From NCBI RefSeq assembly GCF_009914755.1, contig NC_060936.1: a stretch of 64,000 nucleotides of DNA; one strand, written 5' to 3'. The stretch comes from the human T2T-CHM13v2.0 reference genome, Homo sapiens. Shown here in pieces: positions 1-14,340 of this stretch. Under the pieces are notes generated by a model. That model searched no databases. It was not told where the DNA came from and saw only the letters and a program-made list of their open reading frames with translations. The position numbers and the translations under genes are program-made. Within the stretch, counting starts at the first letter, position 1, and each line of letters begins with the position of its first letter.

Positions 1-950
1 ATGTTAAGTGATATGGAAGAATGAGAAATACTAACTTAAAGAAGCTGAACATGGATAAAAGAAATGAAAGAGTTCACAGATCAGAAAGCATGACATGCAT
101 CAAACAGAATAAAGAAATCCACTTACACATATTGCAAGGAAAATGCGGCACACCAAAAATAAGACCTTGAAAGTAACCGGAGGGAAAAAACTGATGACTA
201 ACAGAGAAAACTAAGGCGAGAATGGGAGTAAGCTTTTCAACAGTAACAACGGAAGCCAGAAGAGAGTAGTCTATCTCCAGAATGCTAAAGAAGGTAGCTA
301 TAAACCTTAAATTACAGCAGAAGTTTGAAATATTTCTACAATGAAAACACCAGACCATGTGGTTTTTATTGGAGTGATACCAAGCTTTTTAAAACAGATC
401 ATTTCAATCCTATACAAATGCCTTCAGAGATGAGAAAGAGGAAATACTCTCCAACTCATTTGGTGAGGCTAAGAGTAGCCTAAATCCTAAAATCAGACAA
501 GAAGAGAGAAAGGAAAATGAAGCCAACCCTATTCATTACATAGATGCAAAGATCTTTCTAAGATGTGTAAAGTGAGATGATGGACATGTTAATTTGTTCC
601 ACTATAGAGTAAGTCCTCACTTAACATCCTTATTAGGCTCTTGGAAACCATGACTTTAAGACAACAACTTCTAACAAAACCAGTGTTTTTTCTAATCAAT
701 GCTGTAACGAAACAGCATTGAAGGAAATGACGTTATTCAAGGACCTGGAGTTGCAGTTTCCAGGAACCTGTCGATGATGTTGAGGGCTCACTACATACAT
801 GTGTCTTACAACATCATGTTGTATACCTTTACGCAAAATTTTTAAAAATGTACAAATCTGAATCTAGCAATATATTTCAAAAAGATAACATCATGCCACC
901 AGGCTTTAAGCTGGAAATGCAAGGGTGGCATAACACAGAAATTCCACATA
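1..950 (+). mobile_element. Old L1M fragments (ORF1/ORF2 remnants)
   Basis: A-rich L1-like motifs, e.g. gaggaaatactctccaactcatttggtgaggc and ggaaatgcaagggtggcataac. Confidence 0.65.
606..794. mobile_element. MER6C-like Tc1/mariner (Tigger-class) MITE
   Basis: Inverted termini agtaagtcctcacttaac...ggaaac / gtttcc...gagggctcact, with internal gacgttattcaaggacctg. Confidence 0.7.
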
Positions 951-1029
951 TCTATAAATATTCCCTACCTCAGAAATAGATGAAAGAACTCTTTCCTACA
1001 GCATCAACCTTTGTCGCTTTACTATATAA

Positions 1030-2335
1030 TTTCCATTATCACTAAACACACTAATATCTCTCACATCTCAAAATTCTCTCCATCCTTACCTCACCAGTCC
1101 TGCTTCACTTCTCTTTTCCTCTTTGTGGCCAGCGCCGTTGAATGAGTTGCCAGTACATGCTGTCCTCGATTCCTCTATCTTTCTATCATGCTTTCACCCC
1201 CTCCACTTCACTGAAGCTGCTCTTGCCAAAGTTAGCAGCAGCCACCACTTCCCCAACCCTCCCCTCACCTGACTTAGCAACATTTGACTTAGCAAAAATC
1301 TGAGTCAAATTTTTGCTGAAAATCTGACTTCAGATTTTCCTCATCACTTGCCCCTGGAAACTCCTCCTCACTGGGCTCCTAGGAAAGTACGCTTTCCTCC
1401 TGCGTCCCTGGCCATTCCACCTCAGGTTCTATGCCAGTCACTTATTCTCTTAGTGATCCTGGGACTCATCCCTTGGTTGTCATCTTTTCTCTCTCCTTGG
1501 TCTGTTGATGATCTCCTGGAGTCTGCTGGCTCTAAATACCATCTGTATGCTAAAAGGACCTTAAAATGGCTGTTTGCAGAGCACCCCTCTCCTGAACTCC
1601 ACCCATGAATCCAACGGCCTACCTGACCTTTCTGCTTGGATCCCTAATAGATGTCTCACATCTGCTGCCCCACATGCCTATATTTTCCTCCATTCACTCC
1701 AAATGTTCTCCTCCCAACCCAGCCCAAAATCTCTCCCATCCACAGTATTTCCCTCTTGATTATGGCAACTCCATCTCAACACTGCTCAGGCCAGAATCCT
1801 TGGAACCCTAATGCTATATCCAATCTGGTTGGCTTTTCCTTTATCAGTGAGCACTTCAGACCAATTGTGCTGCTACCACCAGGTCAGAGCCACTATCATT
1901 TTTTGCCTGGATTAGGGCCAGAGTCTCCTAGCTGGGCTTGCCCTTCCTCTCTCACTCAGAGTCAGAGCCAGAGTCCTCACAGTGGCACACAAGGCCTCAT
2001 GGATCCAGCCACGCCCCAGTGCCCCTCAGACATCACTTCTCTTCTCGTCACCTGCTCCGCACCATCCTTGCCTTTTCTCGAATGCATTCTGAGGCTCCTC
2101 CAAACCAGCTCTGCATTGGCTATTCCCTTTACCTAGAATGTCTTTTCTTCTGATATCTGTAGGGCTTGTTCCCTCACCTCCTTAAAGTGTTTGCTCACTT
2201 AGGCATATCCAGACTAATCTACAGAAGAATCTCTTCAAAGTACTCATCACTTTTTAACACCATGAATAATTTGTTTTTAATTATGCTTATATTATCTCTC
2301 TCCCCTTGCTAGGTCAGAGATTTTTGATTGATAAA
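1030..2335 (+). mobile_element. L2 fragments
   Basis: Pyrimidine-rich L2-like motifs (ccacttcactgaagctgctcttgccaaag; ctgcttggatccctaatagatgtctcac). Confidence 0.7.
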
Positions 2336-2451
2336 TTAAAAAATGAAAAGGTGTTTAACCTCATTGGTAATCAGGAAAATGCAGAGTAAGACCAAAGGGA
2401 AAGTCCATTTCATAATCACTAAGTTGGTTTAAAAAAAAAAAAAAAAGCCTG

Positions 2452-2650
<199 letters not shown>

Positions 2651-2953
2651 GGTTTGATGATACGAAGATGTAGAGCAACTGAAACTATTGCTGCTGTGGG
2701 AGTGTAAGTTGGTATACCTGCTTTGAAAAATGTTTTGGTATCATCTTATAAAATGGAACATTCACATGACATAGAGTCTCAGCAGTCCCACTCCTAGGTC
2801 CACACTCTTGAGAAACTTGCAGATAATGCTCTAGGATTCAAGCACAATAATGTTCACAACAGCATTTTTCCTAAAACAAAAACTGGAAACAACCTCAATG
2901 CCTGTTCATAGGGGAACAAATAAATTATAGTGTAGTCACACAGAAGAATATTA

Positions 2954-3312
<359 letters not shown>

Positions 3313-3797
3313 TCATAAAGGTGAAGTCAAGGAAGACTATATTTTGGGGGTATATATACATATTTTGTCAAACTTTTTAAAAAATAAGTGAGAATGATAC
3401 ACATATACTTGTACAGATATGATAGCACTGACTTTTGGAGAAGTGCAAGGCCATTAGAAAAAGAGACACAAAATACAACAGCATTGTCAGCATCCTAGTT
3501 TTTAAGTTTAATGGAGGTTTTTTGAGGTATTCATTTTTTCTTTATCCTTTATAACCATTATATGTGTGTATATATACTTTTCTACATATCACATAGTATT
3601 ATTTAAATGTGTAAAGTAACAGTAACTGCTAGAGCCACACTGTTGATTAGACACAATGGCATTAGCGGTTGGTTGTGTGTGTAAAATGTCCACTGCCTTG
3701 TCCAGATAAACTGCCATAATGACAAGCAAGAATGAAAGGAACTCGGTGTTCTCCTCCATTTCTTTGTGAGTGACATTTTTCTTCTTCTCTTCCCCAG

Positions 3798-4004
3798 CAC
3801 GTCATCTACTCTGTGAAATTTTTCATTTCATATGCAATTCCCGATGTATCAAAACGCACAAAGAGCAAGATCCAGAGAGAAAAATACCTAACCCAAAAGC
3901 TTCTTCATGAGAATCACCTCAAAGATATGACGAAAAATATGGGGGTGATAGCTGAGCGGATGATAGAAGCAGTAGATAACAATTTACGGCCAAAATCAGA
4001 ATAA
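3798..4004 (+). CDS. ANO6: Anoctamin-6 (TMEM16F, Ca2+-activated phospholipid scramblase/channel), coding part of canonical last exon: end of TM10 plus cytoplasmic tail
   Basis: Polypyrimidine tract and acceptor (tttttcttcttctcttccccAG, AG at 3796-3797), phase 0. Reads HVIYSVKFFISYAIPDVSKRTKSKIQREKYLTQKLLHENHLKDMTKNMGVIAERMIEAVDNNLRPKSE*, recognised as the human ANO6 C-terminus. TAA at 4002-4004. Confidence 0.96.
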   Translation, partial: HVIYSVKFFISYAIPDVSKRTKSKIQREKYLTQKLLHENHLKDMTKNMGVIAERMIEAVDNNLRPKSE

Positions 4005-4022
4005 GAGCTTTATGTTCTGAGA

Positions 4023-4173
4023 AGCACTTTAAGGAATTTAGCTTTGTCAAAATATATTAGGAATCACTAATGAGAATGTGTAAGTTAAATCACTTTGGCA
4101 AATATGAGTCTCAACTATTGCCATTTCCTCATGTATTATTTTTCAGTTTCAGCTAGCGATGCAGAAACTGGAA
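4023..4173 (+). promoter_or_regulatory. Stop-proximal miRNA seed matches: miR-17/20/93/106 8mer GCACTTTA (4024-4031, overlapping miR-302/372 AGCACTT) and miR-145 8mer AACTGGAA (4166-4173)
   Basis: Exact seed-complementary 8mers in AU-rich context near the start of the UTR. Function is not shown. Confidence 0.45.
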
Positions 4174-6924
4174 AATGTAAAACTTAGATCATGAAGGGCA
4201 TAAAACTTATCACCCGGAAAACCTCAATGTTACCTTTTTCTGATAAATTGGAATTTTACAGAAAAAGTCCCTCAGTGTGCTTAAAAACCACCCCTTCTAA
4301 AGTAGAATGGATTCTTTTTTTTCTGTTTGATTATTTTCATTTCTGTCTATTCTCAGGCGCATGATCTCCTTTATTTTTAAGCCATGTTTCATTTCTTCAC
4401 TTGGCTAGATCTGTTCCAGGGTCATCTTTTCCTTACAGTACCATCATTATAGATTTAATTTAATAGCTTTCATGTGATTAAAAATAGCTAACTAGACTCA
4501 AGGATTCACAATATTTAGGTGTATTTTCAATACCTCCAGAAAGGAAACCTCAGTTAATCAGAGGAAATAGTTTCAGTCTTCATTTGAGCATGTCTTTCCA
4601 TCTCAAAAAAATACTCTTAGTAGGTTGGAGTGAAGATAGCAAGGTTTTGAAGCATATTTGTCCTAATCCACAGTGACACTTTTTATCTTCCAGGAGCACT
4701 CCTAGGAGGTTCCGTGCCTAATCAATGTTGACTGCTTTGCAGATCTCAAGGGAATAAAATGACAAAAGCAGGGAAAGTTACAGATTCAAACAGCATTTTA
4801 ACTCATGTTGATCTGGATAATTAATCTTTTCTAAAGATGTGTAGTTTCTTGGAAAACAGTGATATCACATGATTAAAATTACATTTTTATCAACATAATT
4901 GTCTGGAAAAGATAAGCCCCTCAATTTTCTACCAGTTGACTTTTATTCATTAGATACAGAAGGTGCAGTATTACACATCACCAGCTGCCTTTGTGAATGG
5001 CTCACTACACAGCCATTGGGGTACAACTGTGTGCATGGGCAGAAACAGCAAGTGCCCTCATTGTGGTCATTGGGTGGGGAGTGCCTTTTGTCAAGGAGTC
5101 TGCAGGAATTGGCTTATTTCTGTATGCCAAAGTGATCAACACACCAAAGTCTCTGCCATAAAGAATGTGGCTTCCTTGCATCCTCCATCCTGTTACTCTG
5201 GGCCCAGTAATTTGATGTAACTGTCTGATTGTACTAGAGACAGGAGTATACCCAGCTTATTCATAATCAAGTAAAGAGACTCAGATTAGATTTGATTTTT
5301 TAGCCTCCTCTAGAGCCAATCAGGCAGTTAAGAGTAATAAAGGAAAAGGGTTTGGTCACAAACCCTACCATTATCTGGAGATTACTTCCTGCTGCACTCC
5401 TGTCTTGCCATGCACGTCTTGCCCCCTCACTTTTGCTCAGCCTAGCAGTCTACTTCACTTTATTGCCTTGTAAGTGTCAGGCCTCCTGGGCGCTCTGGAA
5501 AAGACAGGGAGCCAGGCCCTCTCACCCCTACTGGTAACAGGTCATTGCTGGGTGCACAAGAGGGAGGTGATTTGCATCATGGTCATGCTGCATGGGCTTC
5601 ACTGGGATGCTGTTAAACACCAGAGGAGCCAACCTATCAGAATCCCAGCAGCAAAGGAAAACTCAGATTTTAGAGGCTTTTTACAATAAAGTAGCGTAAC
5701 TCTAGGTCATGATTGATTTCAAATGCCTGCCATGAATGATTTGTAAGTAATTATGTAGGATCCATCAAAGCAGTATTGTAGGCTTTTGAATTGTCCCAGT
5801 GGATCCGGGACCCCATTTCACTGTCTCTCTTGATCGTGTTAATGATGCAATCAGAGTTCAAGACAGGCCCCATGAAGTCTGACTGCACTGGGATGGAGAA
5901 ATGAATTTCTTCCCACTGAAGGAAACTCTTTCTCATTCGCAGCCAAGACGGGAGTGCCACTGTTCCTCTCTTCACTCCTGAGATACTGCTTCTGGAAGCG
6001 GGTGTCACTTCCTCTCTAGTACCTCTTCTCTTCTCTGAAGTGTGTGACTATCTCCTAGTGTTTAAATTTGGCAGTTACTCGCCATGTATGTCAGCATAGA
6101 AAAGGAAATGTTTTTACCTTATCTCCTGTATGTATGATAGAACTTAAAAGAAATGTGCATTTGTTTTCATAGCCCCAGCAGAGAAAATCCTCTTCATAGA
6201 TTAAATGTGCTGCTGTGGACAGGAGGGAAAAAAAAACCCTCTACATATTGAAAGGCACCAAATGTAATATCTGACACTGTTAAGATGCCCAAAAGAGCAA
6301 AGTTGTAGTGGAGATGCAGGGTCATTTCCCCATGCCATCCACAGTGTTTGTTAGTGAGTCCACGGCTGACTTGCAGTGATAAAGAAAAGCATGGAGCTGT
6401 GTCTGCAGACAATGGTGGCTGCATCTGTAAGTGGCTTCAGAGGCAGCAGCCCTGGGGAAATTGATGGGTGTGGCAGTGGACCTGTGAAGAGGGAGAATCT
6501 AGCCTTCAGCCTGTCCAGTGTTAACCACTAGAGAAACTGAGCTTTATATCCTTTTTTAATGCCTGTGAATTTTAGCATATTGAAACATTAGAGCAAATAC
6601 TCAGGGGATTTTTCATTAAACATCCCTCAGATAATTTAGCTATATATCATTAGAAAGGGAAAGCTATCATTTTTATTTTAAAACTAAACAAGGCCATCTT
6701 ATAAACTGTCACCAAAGTCTTCCCTTTTTTATTGCATGTGTGCCTTGAATTTCATAAAACATTAATTCACAATGGGGGTCAGAATGTACTCTTGTTGAAA
6801 CACTTCTTGTACCATTTTATGTTCATATTATGTTTGAGAGGGTAAAAATGTATGAGCAGCTTAACTGAAGTAGAACTATTCATGATGCTTTTCACACATT
6901 GTGGCATAAGATGTAAAGTTTGTA

Positions 6925-7010
6925 ATTAATGTTAATTTCTGTGCATTTTAATATTCTTTTATAATTATTAATGTTAATTTCTGTGCATTTTAATATTCTT
7001 TTATAATTAT
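6925..7010 (+). repeat. Perfect 42-bp tandem duplication in the distal 3'UTR
   Basis: attaatgttaatttctgtgcattttaatattcttttataatt at 6925-6966 and 6967-7008. Confidence 0.95.
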
Positions 7011-7019
7011 GAGCATTTT

Positions 7020-7025
7020 AATAAA
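7020..7025 (+). terminator. Main poly(A) signal (AATAAA) of ANO6
   Basis: AATAAA preceded by U-rich/UGUA elements and followed by a U/GU-rich downstream element (tatggtctattctatattgtct). Other AATAAA hexamers at 4753, 5336 and 5685 are candidate proximal sites. Confidence 0.75.
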
Positions 7026-7547
7026 TTCATTTTTACAAACAATAGTATGGTCTATTCTATATTGTCTTAACGTTTTTAAGGAAGAGAACATATATCTGCT
7101 ATTTACTAGTGGCCAGTTGTGTATCACTTAGATAAATGTGTGCTTTTGTGTAGATTTTTCACAGCCTTCACTTCAGAGATTTGCTATGGATTTTTAAAAA
7201 TTATATTCAGTGTATTAAGGTTACAGATCAGAAAAGCTAGTTATTAAACTCAGCCCAAATCCTATTCTTTTCATCAATCTAGCAAATTTTACCACTTTTT
7301 ACCAGACTTTTGAATAATGTTTGATTTCACCTACTAGTTTAATGAAATGTGTTAAAATATCTGCAATAGCACTTATAAATGTAGCATATTCCATTCATTT
7401 CCTTTTTAAAATACTCGTTATATGACCAATAGTGACCGAGAGGACGTAACTGGCAAAACTAGAAACGTCTTTCTCTTGCTGCCTTCTCTCTATAGGACAC
7501 CTTTCCCAGAACCATTTAGGTTGTGTTCCCTGTCTCCCCTTCATTAC

Positions 7548-8048
7548 TGAGAGGCAATATGTAAATGGACAATGGCCAGATCATATGTAAAAGCAGAACT
7601 CTATCCACACCCTGCCCCTGCTATCTGCAATAGTCAGCCCAGAGAGCCAGCCTGCAGTAGGTTATACTAACAAAGTCAGAGTGCTCTCTCCAGTTACAAT
7701 CCAGGAAACTAAAGAATAACTTCTGTAACAATTGGCCCAATATGACCAGGACTTGATGAATAACTGACAGCTTCCCTAATTTTGGTCCCGGCTTATACCT
7801 TAGGACCAACCAGAGAAAGCCAAATATGCCCTGCTAATCATCGCATAGGATACCCGCTTCTAGTTAGCTACCTACAGCTTCCCACATCAGTGGCCTCCAA
7901 TCAGGCATAGCGGAAGCCTTCCCACTCTTCTGCCTGCCTTTGAGTCTTTGTCAAAACACCAGTGAGAGTGGCTGACTCCCTTTGCTATAGCATGCTCTGA
8001 ATAAATAGCCTTTCCTTCTCATGTGGATGGTCTTTGCTTATTTCCACA
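7548..8048 (+). mobile_element. Solo ERV LTR, copy 1 (probably ERV1 class; subfamily unassigned)
   Basis: TG...CA ends, AATAAA at 8000, near-TSD ttac/ttat. Homologous to 10576-11095. Confidence 0.8.
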
Positions 8049-10489
8049 TTATTACCGATACAAGGGCAGTGGATGTTTGCTGGGCAGTAGGACAAATACT
8101 CGAGTGCATTACTTTGGCAAACTCCTGCCCTTGGATCATACTGGGGTTGGTCAGGAGGGAGGTTGGTCATGATGACAGATAAATCCTGGGGAAATGTAGA
8201 TTGGATCACTGGGAATGAAGCTGTGAACCTAACACGGTGAGTTTTGCCATTGATAAGCAATGGGGAACCTGTGGAGAACTTCAGAACGGAATGCTGTAGG
8301 CAAGAATGTGATCTTTGTCCCTGGTGAGGACTCATCTGCCTTCTCTCCTAAGCTCTCTCTTCTGATGTGCTCTTTGAGCCCTCGTCACCGTCACCGTTAA
8401 GATTCAAGGAGTTTGATAGCAGTTCTCACAATAGGGAGGCTGCCTTGCAGCATTCCTGAGGGGAGAAGGAGAACTGACCCCACCCAGAGCCTTCGGATTC
8501 CATGGAGCATTCAAGCATAAATGAAGGGGAAATCCTAGAATAACCTGCTGTGGCTGTGACCATTTCATTTTATTTGGGGAGATGTTTTCCTTTGGTTATG
8601 AAACAGATTTTACAAATGCTCTTAATAGCATTTCCATTTCCCAGCAGAAAACAAAGATAAGACAGGTAGCCCTTTAAACCCCTTGCCTCATTCCCGAAAA
8701 CAGTTCAGCACATGGGATCCTTTACAATGCTGGAATGATTTGATTTTTGTCACTTTACCAACTGGAAGATACGCCTGAGATCGGTCTTGCCCTTCATTTC
8801 TCATAATTTCACCTGTTCTTGGCCATAATCAAACCTAGTTCTTCTAATTAGAACCACTTCGCACAGGAACTCAAGCAAGTAGACTGTGATTCCTAATACC
8901 GTTCAGGGTGGATAAGCACATTTATGTTACAAAATACCCTGCCATTACTTTCTTTCTTGTCATTGTCGCTTGAGGTGAGTCAGAGTGATAAATCGCTGTC
9001 AGTCACCTAAGAGGAAGCTGCAGGTAAGAGGCCTGCTCTGTGGTACAGAACATGCTACAGCCCTGGAAACAAGCGACAGCACTGGCTGCAACAAAATTCA
9101 CGGGCTGACCACACCGCTGGGCTTTTTCTCCCCTACTTTGTCTTTAAATCAAATCAAATTTTACCTTCAAGTATTTTGGTTCCTTTGGGACAATCAATAT
9201 TCACCATTGCAGGGCTCTAGCTTCAAGATCAAAATCTTACAGCAACCCTTTTCCCAGGACTGGGATAGAAGAGGAAGGAGGGAGGCAGTGCAAAGAATCC
9301 AGGGAAATAAAAGACAATTAAACAAAGGGAAATCTCTCTGGAGACTCCAACAATTAACAGAAGGCTCCCTGTCCCTCATTTCTGCTCTGTGGGAAACCTC
9401 TGGGTATAACTAAGAAAAAATATTCCATTTCAATTGCTCCCTAAAAGACTGAAAAGCAAACATATGTAAGGAGCAGCTCCCAGGAAATTGTTTAAATGCT
9501 CTTTTCATTGGTGGTGGTGGGGCAAATACAACACCAGGAGCTCTCATGGGATCCCATAGAGAACTATCACATAAACACTCACCCTTCATTAATAATGAGG
9601 CAGGTTAATGCGTTCTTGAGACCTCTTCTTCAGTCTCCTTCATGAGGATAAATCATTGCATTGCCTTCCTTGTTTTAATCTAGGAAATTGCACTGAAAGC
9701 CTAGAACAGAACTTTTCCCAGACAATATTCTTCCACATCATCTCTTGAAGCTCTATTACCTGTTCAATGTGAACAGTGTAATTCCTAATACTTGATTATG
9801 GCACTCTCTATTATAAAATGAATGGATCCCTGGATGTCTCCTCAGAGCTTTTTCCCTGGGTTTTCCTATTGTATTCAGGGCTCCAACCCTTGGCAGTTTG
9901 TCAGCCTGGATAATTCCACAATATTATTGTCTTCCAAAGCTTGTCTTTCTTAACATATCCAGTCATGGGCAACTAATTGCTTACTATAAATTCCACCACT
10001 TTAGCTGCTGCACCTAATAGTAAAAGAGAGAGCACACCAGTGTCCTGCTCACAAACCACCCCTCAGTGCAGCCCAGTTTCTGCCAGGATGGCCAGTCTGT
10101 TACAAACATATCTTTGTATCAGTCCTCCAAACATTTTCTTAGGAACTCTTTGACCAAGCCATGCTATGCAAACTAAGCCACATCTTTGTCATCTGTGAAC
10201 CAGAGCCTGAGGCAAATGTACTCCCCTTCCTTCCCACCTACCCTGCATATTGTAAATGATGAGAAGGAAAGGAAACTTTGGGGTAAAAACTGAAGGTTTT
10301 AATCTTCTGATCTAAGTATCTTAAGAATATAGTTGGCATCATCAAAAACATACCATGTTTTAATTAGGCTGGACAAGTACATTTAGAGTACAACACAAAC
10401 TCACTGAAAAAAAAAATGAAGGCAAGGTCTGGGGCAAAGACAGCATCGATGGTGGTTTTACCTGGGTTCAAGGCAGCCTGCCTATGATA

Positions 10490-11180
10490 TGGGAAAAGAC
10501 ATAAGATTTAGAAATAGAGGACCTTGATTCAAGTCCTGGATCTGCCACTGGCCAGCTTCATAAATTTTAGCAAGTTAAGAAACTGAATATACAAATGGAC
10601 AATGGCCAGAGCTTATATAAAAATAGATCACTGACCCTCAGCCTGCAGCAACCTGCCCAGGAAACTAACCCCTTTATCTACAATCAGCCCAGGAAGCCAG
10701 CCTACTATAAGTCAGACTTGTAGGAGGTCAGAATGCTATGTCTAGTGACAAACCAGGAACCTAAACAACACCTCTCTAACAATTGGCCCAGTATGACCAG
10801 GACTTGATGAATAACAGCTTCCCTAATTCCAGTTCCTGCTTGTACCCTAGGACCAACCAGAGAAAGCCAAATATGCCCCCCTAACCATAACATAGAATGC
10901 CCACTTCTGCTTAGCTGCCTACAGCTTCCCCATGCCAGCAGCCACCAATCAGGGCATAGCTGAAGCCTTCCTACTCCTCTGCCTGCCTTTGAGTCTCTGT
11001 CAAAACACAAGTGACAGTGGCTGACTCCCTTGCTATAGCAAGCTCTGAATAAATAGGCTTTGCTTGTTCTCATTTGGCTGATCTTTATTTCCACAAAGGC
11101 ATTTAACCTCTCTAGGCTCTAACTTCCTAATCCATAACAATGGGGCTTGTTTCCACTACTTGGCGTCATTATGAAGTCCC
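10490..11180 (+). mobile_element. MIR split by the LTR
   Basis: ttcaagtcctggatctgccact...gcaag | catttaacctctctaggctctaacttcctaatccataacaatgggg. Confidence 0.65.
10576..11095 (+). mobile_element. Solo ERV LTR, copy 2 (same family), inserted in a MIR
   Basis: Shares aatggacaatggccaga, tatgaccaggacttgatgaataac and gagaaagccaaatatgcc with copy 1. AATAAA at 11048. Near-TSD aagt/aagg. Confidence 0.8.
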
Positions 11181-11377
11181 TAATGTCTATGCTTCTCACC
11201 CTGGATTCAGGGTGTATAAGAAACCACAGGATCAACATGAGTAATCCCCTTGGAGGTGAATGTTTCAATGATTAAAGGAGAAATGGTCGTATTAAAACAA
11301 ACACAGATATATTTTGAAATTGCATGCAAAATTCAAATGAATGTTTAATATAAAATAACAATCTTTAAATAAATTCC

Positions 11378-11710
<333 letters not shown>

Positions 11711-11809
11711 TTATACCTTAACCTTCCTCTGTCCTCAGTGAAACCTGTGTGGAAAAGACAAGGGTTGACATATGTTGAAAGCACCTTGTCAGCCATGAAA
11801 TTCTAGAAC

Positions 11810-12601
<792 letters not shown>

Positions 12602-12937
12602 CTTTATAAAAATTTGGACCAGAGCTAATCATAGCATTTACATTTAAGTTGGCTAGTAAAACTTCAAGCACGAGGGTAGCAAAAAAGACCAGCGCAGTCT
12701 TTCCACTCTCTATGCATGTGAAATCCATTTTCTGGTCAATGCCAACCTCTAGTAAAGCTCTGTCTCTGATGCAGGGTCTGCGCTGGTGCTTCCGCTCAGG
12801 CAAGCTGCCTCATCCTGCCCAATGCCCACTGAGCTCTTGGTCTTCCTCATTTCCTAGTTGTCCATCCTGGGCTACATAGTGTGATAAGGCCTGCTGTGGT
12901 TTCTTTTGTGTATCCTGCCACATTCAGCACATATTTG

Positions 12938-12976
<39 letters not shown>

Positions 12977-13008
12977 GTGTGTAAGATATATATACACACA
13001 TATATATT
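12938..13008. repeat. (TG)n/(TA)n microsatellite
   Basis: Directly visible. Confidence 0.9.
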
Positions 13009-13070
13009 TCATTCCAAGCTGTTTTCCTGGAAATCCTGGAGTCCCAGAAAAGGACATGTGATCAGCAATA

Positions 13071-13425
13071 CAGATTGAGCATCCCAAATCCAAAAATCTG
13101 AAATCCAAAATGCTCCAAAATCAGAAACTTTTTGAGTGCCAATGTGATGCCATGAGTGGAAAATTCCACATCTGACTTGATGTGGCAGGTCACAGTAAAA
13201 ATGCAGGCACCCAAAACACACTTTGTTCAGCATCCCCAAGAGAAAATAAAATTACCTTCAGGCTATGTGTATCAGCTGTATGTGAAATACAAATTTTGTG
13301 TTTAGACCTGGGCCCCATCCCCAAGATATCCTATTACGTATATGTAAATATTTCAAAATTCAAAAAAATCTGTAATTTTTAACACTTCTGGTCCCAAGGA
13401 TATCAAATAAGGGATATTCAACTTG
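13071..13425. mobile_element. Tigger4b/MER46-like MITE
   Basis: TA-flanked TIRs cagattgagcatccc / gggatattcaacttg. Confidence 0.85.
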
Positions 13426-14340
13426 TAGTAGTGTGACTAGTGTGCAAAAAGTGATCAGAACTATAAATCCTGGTGTCATCTAGAGGCCCACTGCAAAAAC
13501 ATGACCCACATTGATCCTGTAAGCCATATGCAGGGAGTAATTCCATTAAAGATATTTCTTTCAAACAGGGAATATTGTGTATTAATTCAGTATTTATAGC
13601 ACACTTGGAAAAGAGATGTTCAATAAATACTTGTTGAATTAATGAATAAATGCCTCATCTGTCCTGATAATAGATTTTCTAACCAAAAGATGTAGGAAGT
13701 ATATCCAGGAAAGTAGCATAATGTTAAGAATGACAGTTGCTTGCTCAAGTCACCAAATCAAGATGAGTAAAGCTTGGTTTGGTACAATGGCTAGTCAGAA
13801 GTCCTGATGGTGAGCTGTGAGGACTATGAGGAAGTGTCACCTGTGTGTCTTGAGTATAGATGCTGCTACTTCTCCAGCCACCAGCCCACCACTGAAGTGA
13901 GTCACAGTCCAGGATGCAGTTACAGTAGCCTACTAGAGTGGGCTGATGCCAGCGCTTAATCACAGGTCACACAGAGGCCAACGCAAAAGGCCATTGAAAT
14001 GGATCTGGGACTCTGAATTTCTCAATCCCCATATCAAAACACTGCATCGAGCAAACTCCCAAACTCATCTGCGGTGTGGTTCTCATGAACTAATTCCCAT
14101 CTGGTCTGCCCAGTTGGAGACAAACCTAAGCAGGAGGCAAATCAAACAAGGCTATCATGATATTGATGCCCTGTTACTCCTTGTCCATGGGAGAATGGTA
14201 AAAGGCAGTCTGTCTGGACATGAGGGCATTTGAATTTGGACCTTTAAACAAATTCTCAAAGGTAAATACTAACACTCATTTTCATTCAGCTTACCTGAAG
14301 ACAATAATTACCAGAGTATTCAAGATATGATTTAATTGCT

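Larger units (their letters stand above)
4005..7045 (+). other. ANO6: ANO6 3'UTR (~3 kb)
   Basis: Largely repeat-free, AU-rich sequence from the stop codon to AATAAA at 7020. The cleavage site is estimated. Confidence 0.85.

Noticed and set aside
1651-2136. 161-aa ORF
   Set aside because: It lies in a pyrimidine-rich L2 remnant in the intron and has no recognisable homology.
8985-9413. 142-aa ORF (likewise 39874-40290 and 34033-34416)
   Set aside because: Non-ATG or chance starts, no domain similarity; some run through poly-A or LTR sequence.
7548-11095. The two LTRs as 5' and 3' LTRs of one provirus
   Set aside because: Each has its own near-TSD, the second interrupts a MIR, and the interval shows no PBS or gag/pol-like sequence.
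13472-13492. CTCF-like motif (reverse complement gggcctctagatgacacca)
   Set aside because: Mismatch in the core GGC; motif similarity alone is insufficient.
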